Assembly: GCA_951406725.2 (NCBI GenBank)
Contig: OX597823.1
Span: 97,650,001 to 97,714,000, forward strand
Direction: 5' to 3'
Length of the DNA stretch: 64,000 nt
Origin: Octopus vulgaris
Lineage: Eukaryota
Below, one piece after another: positions 37,625-51,900 of this stretch. Under the pieces are notes generated by a model that ran no database searches, was not told the DNA's origin, and saw only the letters and a program-made list of their open reading frames with translations. The translations under genes and the position numbers were made by a program. Every line of letters begins with the position of its first letter. The first letter of the stretch is position 1.

Positions 37625-38375
37625 AATGGTTTCAAATTTTGACACAAGGCCAGTAATTTCGGGGGAGGGGCTAAGTTGATTAGATCGACACCAGAGCCTA
37701 ACTGGTACTTAATTTATTGACCCCGAAAGGATGAAAAGCACAGTCGACCCCGATGACATTTGAACCCAAAACGTAAAGGTGGACGAAATATCTATTTCTT
37801 TACTACCCACAAGGGGCTAAACACAGAGGAGACAAACAAGGACAGACAAACGGATTAAGTCGATTATATTGACCCCAGTGCGTAACTGGTACTTATTTAA
37901 TAGACCCCGAAAGGATGAAAGGCAAAGTCGACCTCGGCGGAATTTGAACTCACAACGTAGCGGCAGACAAAATACCTATTTCTTTACTACCCACAAGGGG
38001 ATAAACACAGAGAGGACAGACAAACGGATTAAGTTGATTAGATCGACCCCAGTGCGTAACTGGTACTTAATTTATCGACCTCGAAAGGATGAAAGGCAAA
38101 GTCGACCTCGGCGGAATTTGAACTCACAACGTAGCGGCAGACGAAATACCTATTTCTTTACTACCCACAAGGGCTAAACACAGAGGAGACAAACAAGGAC
38201 AGACAAACGGATTAAGTCGATTATAACGACCCCAGTGCATAATTGGTACTTATTTAATCGACCCCAAAAGGATGAAAAGCAAAGTCGACCTCGGCGGAAT
38301 TTGAACTCAGAGCGTAACGACAGACGAAATACGGCTAAGCATTTCGCTCGGCGCGCTAACGTGCCTGCCAGCTCA
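37625..38375 (-). mobile_element. SINE family B with tandemly repeated ~180-190-bp body (3-4 units)
   Basis: Repeated GACCCCAGTGCGTAACTGGTACTT..CCGAAAGGATGAAAGGCAAAGTCGACCTCGGCGGAATTTGAACTCA units, with a single tRNA-like head at ~38330-38375. Confidence 0.88.
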
Positions 38376-39057
38376 AGAAACTCGAAACCTTTCATGTGCT
38401 ATCAGCGCAATATCCGCAACATAAAATGGCAAGATAAGATATCAAACGTAAAAAGTTTAGAAAAATGTGATATCTTCAGACACCCAGGCCACATTCCTTG
38501 TGCCCCCACCCCCAACTAACCATCAAAACACAGACTTCTTTCAGAAGCAAATTCAAAATAACTGTATTTCACAAATAAAACAACCTAATGAACCCATTAT
38601 TTTGTTGTTTTTACATGAATCACCCCTTTCGGCTACCCCATTAATGCCCTACTTTTCTTCAACGCCCCCCTTGGAACATTCCACCGCCCTTGGGGTGTGG
38701 GGGCAATACCACCCACTTTGAGAACCACTGACCTACAACTTAATCTAACATCATAGGAAAGTTATTACCAAAATCGATTTGAGTGATGTGTCTTGATTCA
38801 GCCAAACATTTTGAGTTGAAACAAAACAATAAAAGAATTACATCCTGCAGCCAACGGACACGTTTTTTTAACCCCACACAAAGTCAAAATCGTCATTATT
38901 CCCATTGTGACTTCACAGCAAAATCCATTCCTGGACTCAAATTACATTCACGCATCCGTTGTAAATAGATAAAGCTTCTCTTAGTTTTTGATCTTTTCTT
39001 TATCCTTCAAACACTCATTCATCGAAATCGACTGAAGCGACCATCATCTTTATCATT

Positions 39058-39275
39058 AAGGCAGCGACCTGGCAGCATCGTTAGCACGCCGAGCAAAATG
39101 CTTAGCGGCATTTCGTCCGTCTTTACGTTTTGAGTTCAAATTCCGCCGAGGTTGATTTTGCGTTTTATCCGTTCGGTGTCGATAAAATAAATACCAGTTA
39201 AGCACTGAGGTTGATGTAAATGACTTAGCCTCTCCTCCGAACTTGCTGGCCTTCTGCCTAAATTTGAAACCATTA
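39058..39275 (+). mobile_element. SINE family B
   Basis: Same head and core as 15379. Confidence 0.8.
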
Positions 39276-39438
39276 TTATTAATATAATCTCTCTCTATAA
39301 AATTTCAAGTCTCGTGTTCCTGTTTTACTGTTTATTGGTTTCTATGTTTCTGACATCTGATTGTGGAAAGAGAAAGTTATGCCAAGTCAATTACGTCACA
39401 CACACAAACAAACACACACGCACACACACACACACACA

Positions 39439-39474
<36 letters not shown>

Positions 39475-39524
39475 ATCTCTGATGATAATAATAATAAGAA
39501 CAACAGCAGCAGCTGTTGTTGTTG

Positions 39525-39885
39525 CTGTTGAGCGAAGCGGTCTTCGTCCCAGAGCTCGCAAGATCGCGCCTCTTTAGTGGGAGAAGTCCGAAACGTGGTC
39601 CTTTGCTATTCGTAAGACCCGCAGAAGAGAAAGCAGGTCATCCCCCGACACCGAGAGCATCGAAGGATGGATGAATGCGCATCCAGGCTCAGCGGTTGCG
39701 TAGGAAGTCGGGGATAAGAAACAGGAAGAAAGAGTGAGAGAAAGTTGGAGCGAAAGAGTACAACAGGGGTCGCCACCACCCCCTGCCGGAGCCTCGTGGA
39801 GCTTTATGTGTTTTCGCTCAATAAACACACACAACGCTCGGTCTGAGAATCGAAACCGCGATCCTCCGATCGCGAGTCCGCTGCT
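39525..39885 (-). mobile_element. SINE family C variant with a different 3' module
   Basis: 39720-39885 is homologous to 18510-18650. Confidence 0.7.
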
Positions 39886-41970
39886 GCTGCTATGTTACCA
39901 GTAACCAAAATAGACAGTGTTAAAATAGACAAAATAGACAATCAGAACAAGGTTTCAATATCCTGGTTTTGTTCTTTAAAAGTATTAAACCATTCGCTGT
40001 CTTCGTGTCTTGGAATAGACTTCGATTTTTCTCAATCTACCGAATGACAGCCACGCTTTGAATAATATTAGAATACAATACTTATTCTAAAATATGCATT
40101 TCTTTAGCCGTGGCTATTTAAGAGATCTTAGACCATGCTAGATTTTAAAAACAGAATCTTTTGAGTAACATTGTCAAGAAGTTCGCTTTGCAACTATATG
40201 GTAGTTCGCTTTGCAACTATGTGGTACCGGGTTCAGTCCCACATCGCGGCACTTTAGGTAAGTCTTTTACTAAAGGCCCGAAATGCCTTGTGAGTGAATT
40301 TTGTAGACGGAAACTGTGTGCTGGCTTTGGATAAGAAAAAATACGGGATTAGTTAATTATGATTTTATTCAACATATTCCCCTCTCAGATTCACACTCTT
40401 ATTACAGCGGTCCTTCAATTTTCTAAGCCCAGTAAAAGAACTCGGAAGTTTGGGCCTCCAACCAGGCATTTGTGATACTCTTAAATCCAGGAACTTTTCA
40501 GCAATCTCTCGTGTGTGTGTGAGCGCGCGTGCGCTTCTTTGTGTTTCTGTTTGCCCTCACCTCCCCGCTTTACAACCGGTGTTTAAGACCCCCGTAACTT
40601 AGCAGTTTGGCAAAAGAGATTGATAGAATAAGTACCAAACTTTAAAAAAGAAAATAAATACTAGGGGTTCGATGTGTTCTACTAAACTCGAGGTCAGTCC
40701 TGATTGAGCAGACTTACAATCAAAGACATTCCAGTCGTAACACACCCGTTTTTTTCTCAGGTACTTCCCACCCATGGTCACATAATTCAATGCGTCCATT
40801 TTTCCCCCTAGGACAATAGGACATTATTTGAGAAAGATTTTATGCCATTTCTTGAAATTCGATCGGCCATGTAGAGGCACCGTCGTCGGATTGACTGTCA
40901 ATATTTTTTTCCAGTTGGAGAATGTTTTGAAAGGCATGAAGCAACCAGGGAGGGTCCACATGATAGCTCAACCTGCTAGAAATAGCAGCCGAGTCCCCCA
41001 CAAACCACACACTAATGTCTTAGAGAGTCAACGTTGAATAAAGTGGTTGTGGATTCCCTGCACACATGAAAGGAAATGACGGGATGGTCACTGTAGAACG
41101 GATTTGATCATAGGTCTGTTCAATCACGATCGATCCGAGGTGGAACAATAACAACTACAACAGTAACAACAACATCAACAACTACTACTACTACTACTAC
41201 ACTTATGTCAACGACATTTGCATCGCAACTACCACTACTACCATCACCAACAGAAGATCAACCACCTCACAACTACAGCAATATCTACTAATACTCTCAT
41301 TTGAACAATAATCAACATGACAACTACTATCACCACCACCACCACCACCGCCGCCGCCGCCGCTGCCACAACTACTACTACTACTATTACTGTCACCATA
41401 ATTATTAATTTGTTTAGTGTTTTCTAATTATATGCATCACACTTCTTGACTGGTACTTTATTTTATTGACCCAACGAGATTTGAACGCAAAACCTTTCTA
41501 TTTAACTACTTACAGGTTATGCTTGCTGCCACTCTGATATCTCAACATATTAATTATTTATTTTCCTTCTTCTCCTTTTCCATCCCTTCTGAAATTTCGC
41601 ATTGAGCTTCGCTACTTTCCGTGTTTTCCCTTAAGTTATTTTCCCTGAATTATAATTAGCTGGATCTCCATTAATTAAAGTTAATTGTCCGTTAGCTCTG
41701 AAATAATTAATCGGAATACTTTCAAGATGAATTCAGTAAACGAATAAGTTACGCTGGAATTTATAAATCATATCATTCCTTAATGTACTAAATAATATGA
41801 CACATTAAATGGGTTTTTTCTCGGAAACTGTCAGAATATATTTTAAAGGGTCAAATAGTATATTCGACACCCGCTATCTGCTGGTATACAACCATATTGT
41901 GCCAGTACCAGCCATTCTACAGTACCAGCGTGTATATGAATGTCTTTGTAGATGTACATATTGTGTTTTA

Positions 41971-42358
41971 AAGCGGCGAACTGGCAGAGTCGTTAGCACG
42001 CCGGGCGAAAGTGGTATTTCGTCTGCCGCTACGTTCTGAGTTCAAATTCCGCCGAGGTCGACTTTGCCTTTCATCCTTTCGGGGTCGATAAATTAAGTAC
42101 CAGTTACGCACTGGCGTCGATGTAATCGACTTAATCCGTTTGTCTGTCCTTGTTTGTCCTCCCTGTGTTTAGCCCCTTGTGGGTAGTAAAGAAATAGATA
42201 TTTCGTCTGCCGCTACGTTGTGAGTTCAAATTCCGCCGAGGTCGCCTTTGCCATTCATCCTTTCGGGATCGATAAATTAAGTACCAGTTGCGTACTGGGG
42301 TTGATCTAATCGACTGGCCCCCTCCCCCAAAATTTCGGGCATTGTGCCTAGAGTAGAA
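41971..42358 (+). mobile_element. SINE family B with duplicated body
   Basis: Head followed by two TATTTCGTCTGCCGCTACGTT.TGAGTTCAAATTCCGCCGAGG units. Confidence 0.88.
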
Positions 42359-42384
42359 ATGTATATATTGTGTTTTAAGTAGGT

Positions 42385-42855
42385 TGCGATGATGATGATG
42401 ATGACGCTGATGAGGTGGAGGAGGAGTTGTGGTCGAGGAGACGTAGTGAAGGATGAGGAGGTGTAGTGAAGGAGGAAGCGATGGAGTAGGAGGTGTGTTG
42501 AGGAGGAGGTGATGGAGGGAGAGTGGAGTAAGAGGAAGGTGTAAAAAGAGGAGTTAAGAGGAAGAGGAGATATGATGGAGGAGAGGGAAGTGTAGTGGTG
42601 TAGGTGAAGGAAGAAGTGTAATAAAGGTGTGGTAATGTAGGTGTAGTGGTAGAGTCTGTTGGAGGAGGAGGAGGAAGTTGTGTATGAGGGGTGTGGTGGC
42701 AGAGAAGGAGGGGAGTGTTGTAGAGGAGGGAGCTAACTGAAAGAGGGGAAGGTGTGGAGGAGAGGAGGAGGTGGTGTAGTTGTAGAGGTGTTAGAAAGGT
42801 GTAGGGATGAGGTGTGGATATATGGGGAGGGAAGCAGGAGGAGGAGGTGGAAGGA
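42385..42855. repeat. Purine-rich GGA/GTG low-complexity tract
   Basis: Direct reading. Confidence 0.8.
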
Positions 42856-43743
42856 TAAAAATATGTGACAATAATGAACGGAGAGATGTGGACACATTGT
42901 TTGAAGATCCATAACATCAAAATGGAATGAATTTAAGTTTGCTCAAAGACAAGAATCTTCAAAGCCAATTTAAGATAACAGCAAAAATAAACCGAGAAGA
43001 CGATCTACTAGTTTACCATTTAACAGTTAACACTAAACACGAAGTTTCGACTTATCACGATGATTAACTTACAATTGCTATTTCGTTTATTCCTATTGTT
43101 ATAGAATAGCGATCGCTATACAAATAATCCATACAAGATCGTGGATTTGAAGATTTTAGGGGAACATTTTAGAGGAAGCCATGATGTGGCAGCCTAAGTA
43201 TAGCGAAACAAAGAGGATTCAACCAAGGACTGAAATGCAAGAGCTTTTCTCTTGAAGTATAATGCTCTCCAAGATAATCTGTACAATATTAGCGGGACCT
43301 TTGTACATAATGCAAAAGACATGTAATCAGCCTAATGTAAATTACTTAACCACATCGTATAATCTGATGTGCAATAACGCTGTCAATAATATTTTCTAGG
43401 GGAGCCATATCAGATACTGACGTCGCGTTAGCAAGCAAATATCATTGTGTTCCATCCAACGCAAGCCAGACAACTCATCGAAACTTGAAGTGCCAAACAA
43501 ATTACGAAGACGACAGGATAATTACAACCAGGCTACTAGAAAAATGTCCACAGTCGGTAAAAGAGCAGCCGAATTCCTAATTGATTTTTAAAAGGCAGAA
43601 TTTGAACTCATAACGCAAACAAACAGAAGATATCCTGCAAGGCATTTTTCGATACTCTAAAGATACTGCCAACCAACCATTATAATAGTGGTAGGAGTGG
43701 TGGTAGTGGTGGTGATGATAGTGGCGGCGGCGGCGGCGGCGAG

Positions 43744-43781
<38 letters not shown>

Positions 43782-43933
43782 TGTTCCTTGTATTAGAGAA
43801 AGATATATAAAAAAATAAGGTACATTTTTATAAAACATGCATATCTATATTGAAGATTAACAAATATTTTGAGAGAGTGCGCAAACAATTATTTACAGAC
43901 ACTTTTATAGCTGAAATACTACTACTTCTTCTT

Positions 43934-43979
<46 letters not shown>

Positions 43980-44049
43980 GTGTTCTCTAAAATACAAGCT
44001 AATAGTTTAGGGAATAGGAAAGCATTAGTAGACTTCCCACCAAGCAAAA

Positions 44050-44530
44050 ATGCTATTTGGCAACTAACAACTGTACAGAGTAAAGAACTTTAGATTTATA
44101 ATTTTAAAAACTTTAAATCTCTATAACAGGATAATCAAAACTTTGCAAATTCACAAATTTGTGACGCCAGCCTGAGCTTCTTTGAAATAGCAAAGACTAA
44201 GAAACTACTTTAACAAAAGATCTTAACTCTGGAGCAATATTTTGGAAACTGCAATCACTTTCAAATAGTCCCTGGAATGTTTCAGCTTGATACAAGTATG
44301 ATCCGTCGTCTCTGTTATGAGGTACACTTGTATTCCAGGCGGTTAATAAAGCAAGCCAGTTTAGAGAATGACATAGTCAAAGTGATGATCAGTCTCTGCC
44401 ACAATATTTCTTCCATGGATAATCCATCTTTGTATTCAGCGAAATGGCCATTAGCATTACGGTGCAGTTTACTGAGAACATTTAAGAAATAAACTGCCAT
44501 TTGAGCTGTTGAAAATGTACAAATATGACA
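44050..44530 (-). mobile_element. Highly decayed LINE RT fragment
   Basis: RLIITLTMSFSKLACFINRLE resembles the RT motif YRpItLts..sKl....I.nRL. Confidence 0.35.
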
Positions 44531-45287
44531 ACTCAGCGAAGTCTGGTTAAGTTTGATGGACTGTTTTGCACAAACTGAATAACTCTATATAAGCACTTGG
44601 GTGAATGAAAACAAAATTGTGAGTGTGAAAACTGTGGAATAAAACGAGGAAAATGAGTCTCGTATATTAAAAGAAATTCACTACTACTGCATTTGCAAAA
44701 ATACATCAGCTGCAGAAGTCTGCGCTATATAAGCACTTGGGTGTGAATGAAAGCGAAATTGTGTATGTGTGTGTGAAAACTAGGAAAATAAATATCAAGA
44801 ATGTCTCGAATTTTATTAAAATACATTTTCAAATTATCTACTAAAAGCTTCATTGCTACCGTTACTATATTTGTTGTAAATAGCATGACCGCAGAAAATG
44901 GTCTTATAATACTAAACTAGAATGTGACAGAACTGAATGCAATAAATGGCAATACACATAACCGATTAAACTAACATAACAAAATGGATCTCCGTCGGCT
45001 TCGATGATGAGGATCCAATTGATCGGGCAACTGAACTATCAGTTCAGTTCCACAGACGTGTATATCTTTAACATAATCCTCAGGCGAAATCAGCGTGACA
45101 CCGCCCCGTATGGGATAAGGCTGTACCTTAGAATTATAGGTACAAACCAATCGAGGAGCTTCCGCACGATTTTCTCAAGATTTGTATTGACCCAAGATGC
45201 TATACTGTAGGATCAAACCTAGATCCTCATAACTGCGAGACGAACGTCTTAACCATTCGGCCATGCTGCAAACATATACATATATAA

Positions 45288-45344
<57 letters not shown>

Positions 45345-45350
45345 CGCATA

Positions 45351-45395
<45 letters not shown>

Positions 45396-48168
45396 CGTAA
45401 CAAAAACTACTACTGAGTTATCACAGAACAGTTTTAAACTGCGATTATCAATGTTGCACATATAATCTTTTAGAATTTACAACAGAAATGTTATAAGTAC
45501 CATTATGGAAAATGGCAGTAAAAGGAAATCAACAAATTAACCTTGAGTGCAACATTGATGTCCTCGCGAGGATATCGGTTATATTTTCAACACATAAAAT
45601 ATACAACTGATACAATTGCTAATATGAAAATAAGCACGACGTATTTGATGACTGATAATTAATAACACCGTTTTATAAATACTACAAAGATAAATATTCA
45701 AGAAGAAAATAATTCTCTCTAGATGAAAAGATTAGGTAAACCGAGGGAAAAGAACAAAATACATTTGCCTTATAGGCAAAATGTTATCTGTGCCGGTCAA
45801 CTTCCTGAAAGAATACACCACTTTCTACAAGGACGCCTAAAGTTAGTCTCCATTCTATAAAATACAGTTGGTGGCAGCCTGAAAACGTTGTAAAGCTTTT
45901 TTGCCTGCACCTAGCTTACACAGACGAACACTGGTAGAGTTTAGATAAGGCCATAGAAAGCGTGAGCAATAAGCTAAGTGTTATAGCTTGATCGAAATGA
46001 ATGACACTCATAAAATGTTTACTATATTGTATTTGCAATTGGTACAACTGAAATAAAAGTCTTATCTGTGAAACTGTATACTACAAAAGAATAGGTACTC
46101 GCAAATGCTAGAAAATGACTGTAATTTGCAAATGTTGCTGCTTACATGCTTTCTACGAGGAACCGTTTTTGGTTGAACTGTTAAGAAAGGACAATTTAGA
46201 TGCATCCTTCAAAATGATGGTGATGATGATGATGATGACATAGAAACAAATTATAGCTTAGAAAATGGAGAGACTCCACACCAACGATATTGTCCAATGG
46301 AAAAGCAAAGACCGATACAACTTGAAATCACTGTCGTAAGAAGCCGGGATAAAAATCATAAGGCATTTGTACAGCATTCTAAGAATTCTACCAATTAAGA
46401 AGGAGGAAAGGCAAAATTGGTCTCGGCTGAATTCGAATTCCCAACATAGGGGATCGGAACCAATACCACAAGGTATTTTATCCAGCACTCTATCAATTCT
46501 GCTAATCGTCCACCTTAGAAAGGTGCTTCTATTCTATTCGCCCCAGAAGGATAAAAGGAAAATTCAGTCTAGATGGTATTTGAACTCGAATCGTAAAAAA
46601 GTTGGACACAATTCATTACTGAAGTACAAAGCAATCAATATGCGCGGAGGTGGCAGGTATGCTTAATCGTATTGACTAGATGCTAGTACTTCCCTGGTAC
46701 ATGTGTTATCCACCCGAGAAATATAAAACACGAAGTAAGCCAACCACGGCGCACTTTGAACACAAAAAGTAAAGAAATGCAACAGAAAATAGGAGTGTTT
46801 TAGCTGACGAATCTATCGATTCCACAAATCCACTATCCTAAGGTCAACACCATCAATACAAATAACATCACTAACAAACTTGTTTTTATTTATTTATTCT
46901 AATATATCCTTCTCTACTTCAGGTGAGTGCGCAAGGGTGTCAAATCTCCCTCAAATCACACACTACCACCACGAAAATGGAACGATATATTGAATAAAAG
47001 TCCTTTATAGGATTGTCATAGCTAAAATATATTTGATCATAGAACTCTTGCATCAGGGACGACCTGAGCGTTAAATAACAATAACATCGTTTCTCGTACC
47101 ACAAAGCATGGGTGGAGAAACAAAGAGAAATACAAAATCATATTAACTGCGATTCAGATTTTGTACCTGAATTTGGATATCGATCGGCAAACGTGACCCA
47201 GAATATTTTTTTTTAAAAATGAAATACTATTAATATATATATTTAGGGGTGTCCCGTTTTCAGGGCCAACATTTTTTCTGACAGCACCATTTTGTTTTGT
47301 GTGGTGCCAGTGGATGAAGAAAAAAATGAGGTATGAAATGAATACTGTCCGTTCATTGGACAGTATTCGTTTCATACACATTTTAAAGTGAATAACTTTA
47401 CACGCGAAATAGATGCAAAAAGCGCATGTTTTATATTTCAAATGACCACACACATATGTGTATGTATGTGTATATATATATATATATACATATATAGTAC
47501 AAAGTGAGATAGGGGTTATGAGTGTAACCCACTATGGGATATCAGTTACCCAATATACTGGTGGTGAAGCACCCTAAAGGCAAATACATAAATGCTTATA
47601 ATTGAGATGCAATTAATTCATTTATAAACTGGAAGATAATAATATATGGTCAGATACAGAATATTCTGTTTTTATTACGGTATTTTATACGACTTAACTT
47701 TTGCTACGAATTTAATTGGAAAAGTGTAATAGCTAATGTATAATTGAATGTAAGGATTCGCATTATAGTAACGTTATATTTACACGGTGAATTTGATTTT
47801 TGTATCTTTCGAAAATCTCTTCCTATTTCTTCCCCATAAATCTTGTCAAATGTGTAATGCATACTTTATATTTCTATCGAAAGTTTTGTCTAATTATTTT
47901 CCAACCTTTGCGAAATATATAATCCTAACGTATAATACCCATTTAGGCCACTTTCTATATATTAGGAATTAGCATAGTTTTCACTTTAAATGGTTTATAA
48001 TAATATTATTATTTTAGTTATTAGTATGTATGTGTATGTTTATATATATGTATATGTGTATGTGGGTGTTTATATGTATATGTATATGTGTATATATGTA
48101 TGCATATGTGTATATAGATATGTACGTATATATGTATGTATGTGTGTATTTATGTACATATGCATGTC

Positions 48169-48200
<32 letters not shown>

Positions 48201-48930
48201 TTTATGCGCATATGCTTATCTATGTGTACGTGTGTATGTGCGCATGTATGTATGTATGTATGTGTATTTTAACCAACCAACCGTAACTAAGACAATGAAA
48301 TTCAAATGTGTCAACCAATCGGATTTATCTTGAGATTGTAAATAACCTCCCCCTACCCCCGTAAGATTTCAAACCACTGTAATACTATATTAATAACAAC
48401 GTAAGCATAGCCCGTAACGACCTATCTCTTACCTCTTGATCTGTGAACTCTACGTATGTACATGCATATATCTTTTGTATGATGTAAAAGGATAAAATCT
48501 CTTTATATATGTATATGTATTAGTGGATGCTTTTTGCGCATGTATGTATATGCATGGTTTTGTTACCTGTGTATATATATATGTATGCAGAATAAGACTG
48601 AAGTTTCGATTTTGACGGTATGATATATGAATATAATGACATTTTTTGTTGAATTAATGTGCTTGCATCTTTCAGAGACATCTGTCTATATATTATGTTA
48701 TACTAAATTATACTATATTATATTATACTATATTTTATGTGGTATTTTCCATCTACTATGTATTGTGAATAGCAGAATGCACAGAATCTAATATTGGTAT
48801 TATTATTAATAATATTAATGGTTTTGGTAATGTAATGAACTTTGTACTTTGTATATGTACCCATTGATGTGGATGTATATGTATACTCCAGTATATATAT
48901 TTGATTATCTGTAGCCTTATGTGTATGTAT

Positions 48931-48981
<51 letters not shown>

Positions 48982-51900
48982 TTGTGTATGTGTATTTTGT
49001 TTCATATTTATATTTGCATTTTATATTTTTATAATTGTACTTTATAATCTCTAACGAGACCTTGATATATATATACATAAGTAACTCATTTTTAAATGCA
49101 TATTACCTCAATACATCTGACTAATATAGGCAGAATGAGATACATTTATCTGCAGGCTGAAACAGCTGTAAGATCCATTTTATTTGTATTATTTTTATGG
49201 TATTATCTTACTTATTGATGTATATTGTTTTATTTTGTTGGATTTGGATGTTCTTATTTATGTAGTTAATAAATAATATGAATTGGTAATATCTGTAAGT
49301 CGATGATTGAAATGAATCTGTTCCTCCATTTTCTTATTTGTATATACATATATATATATCTACACACACACACACACACATATATATATATCCGTAAAGC
49401 TATACACGCGGTTCAACGTTCGAGAGTTTAGTGTGTTGGACTTACCAAACTAATCTCTAAGCTGTAAATATATTATTTAAATAGGAAAAAAATGTAATGG
49501 TTTTTCTAGAATAATCTGTAAACGATTAGGAAGTTAGACAACATTTTTCATAATATGCCCGTTAATCATAGAGAAAGGATAAATATGATTACATAAAGCA
49601 GCATCAACATACATACATATGTCTACCTATATCAAGAAAATTCATCAATACATATGTATGGGTGAATGTGTATGCATGTATGAGTAAATCTAATCCGTTA
49701 TCCGGTTTAACGCAATTGTCTAGCAACTTAGATGCTTCAGGGGCGTTCACTCTGTTGTAAGCATTAGGGCCAGTTCCTCCGGTTTGAGGCTATTTTCCCT
49801 CGCCCCACCTCCCGTCATTCCCCGAGGAGGTTCTATACAGTCAGGGACACAACTTTCTGTCCTGACTAAAGTTATATATTATGTCATATATTATACTTTG
49901 AACAAAATCTAAAGGGAATGATTTATATGAAGTCTGTTTTCTAAACAGAACACATAAAATTATAAAACATCAAAAGAATTTTATGGAGATGCTTCTGTAG
50001 TTACTAAACCTAAATAACAAATCAGTCATTGGTTTTAAAAAAAATAAACCAACTTTCCCAAGCCATAACACCGGGTTCGAGAAAAAGATTAATGTAATAA
50101 GAAAAAAATATCAGTAATATTAGTGAGTATTAATTTGTAAATCGAACTCGAATATTAACTGAAAATAGACAAGGATAATTAATGTTAAATTATTACTATA
50201 TTTGTTGGAAGTTGATCACCATAGAAAGGTATTTAAATTGCAAAATTTAGAAATACTTCGGACAGGACGAATTCTTTCATAAGAACAAACAGAGATTCAA
50301 ATTTGAACGATTTGGTTGGAAGTTTCTGGAAGAACAGAGAATTAGACGTTGGTGGGTTATACCCACGAATAAACTTCGGTCGCTTACTTCAGTGCAGGAT
50401 GGCAAGAAATCGCAGAAGTAATTAAGTGGTGCTAGCTTTATAAAGGAAATGAGAAAACATCAGAACTGTATTAAAGTAATACCTTGGGTTACCTTATTCA
50501 TATCTGGTCGGTTATATAAAGGAATAACTCACCTACTTCTACTGAAATCAGAACAACCGTCTGACTAGTCTGTACAAGAGGTTTACTTTAATTACAGTAT
50601 GCAACACAAATGCATATCAAATTATTACTATATTTGTTGGAACTTGATCACCATAGAAAGGTATTTAAATTGCAAAATTCTAACGAAAATACAATTAATT
50701 ACAAAATTAGGAGAACGGAAAGGTACCAAAACGTTAAGATACTTCAACAATGAAATCATCTGACAACTTTCTATACTCTTGGTCCTTTGAATTGTTCAAG
50801 CAATATACGGCGAATGAAAATTAGCATTTCTTCCGAAAAAGAAAGAAAGAAAGCTAGAGTAGCATTTTTAACTCTACGATGTAGTCCTGGAATCAATAAA
50901 TTCTAAGGTGACTTACCTTTATTGCTTCTTTCCTGCATCAGCGCCAGCTTCAGTAAGTAACTTCTTAAATAGTTCAGCAAGATTTAAGAAGAGGAACAAC
51001 AGTGTTGATCATAAAATCAAAGCATTGCTTTGTATATATTGACTGACCTGCGATTATATCGTACATTCAAAAATGAGTTTACAAGAACATTAGACTAAAA
51101 TTTATTTTCAGAAAGGGTACGAAGAGTACCATGCCGAAACAAAAACTAATCGTAGCTGAATCCACCGAACTGAATGAAAATTACATTATTATGGAATTGG
51201 AAATACCTTGCAGAAATACATCTGACTATAGATAAGATGGCACTCATTCAAACACGAAGGACTAGTACGAGAAAGTTTAGAAAGGCCGAGAATGAATCTT
51301 TAAAAAGGTAAATTTCTTACAAAAAAAACATAATAAATAAATAAATCTCATGAACAATTTTACAATCTCGACAACAGTGGAATAAAACAGATACGAGTAG
51401 GATGGCTTGCAAAACACGAAATTAACTCCATCCACTGAAAGCACAAGACTATGTCATAGCCAAAAATAAATGAATAAATAAAAATTAAAAAAAAAACTGG
51501 TAATAGAAATTTCTAAGGTTAACAATAAACCAAAAAGCATGCTATACGGAGGAAAGTCTAATGAGACATTTAACTACATTGCTGCTGAATATTCATTGTT
51601 CGCCAAATAAAAAAAAAAAAACTTCAAAATATTCAAAGAAGTTGTATAATGGACCTACTGTGAAATATCTAAGGTTTACTTTAAGAAAAAGGACGACTTA
51701 TAATGAATATGACTATTCTACAGAATACTCATATATTTATAGAGGGTAAAAGAACCGACGTTGTTATGAATGACTGCAGGCAAAAATCTACTAACAAGTA
51801 GATGTTTCTGCATTATCTAAAAGAAAACCTATTATTAGAAGCTATTAACAATTATGAAAGTAAAATACGCACCACAGTTATATCTGTAAAGAATATGAAG

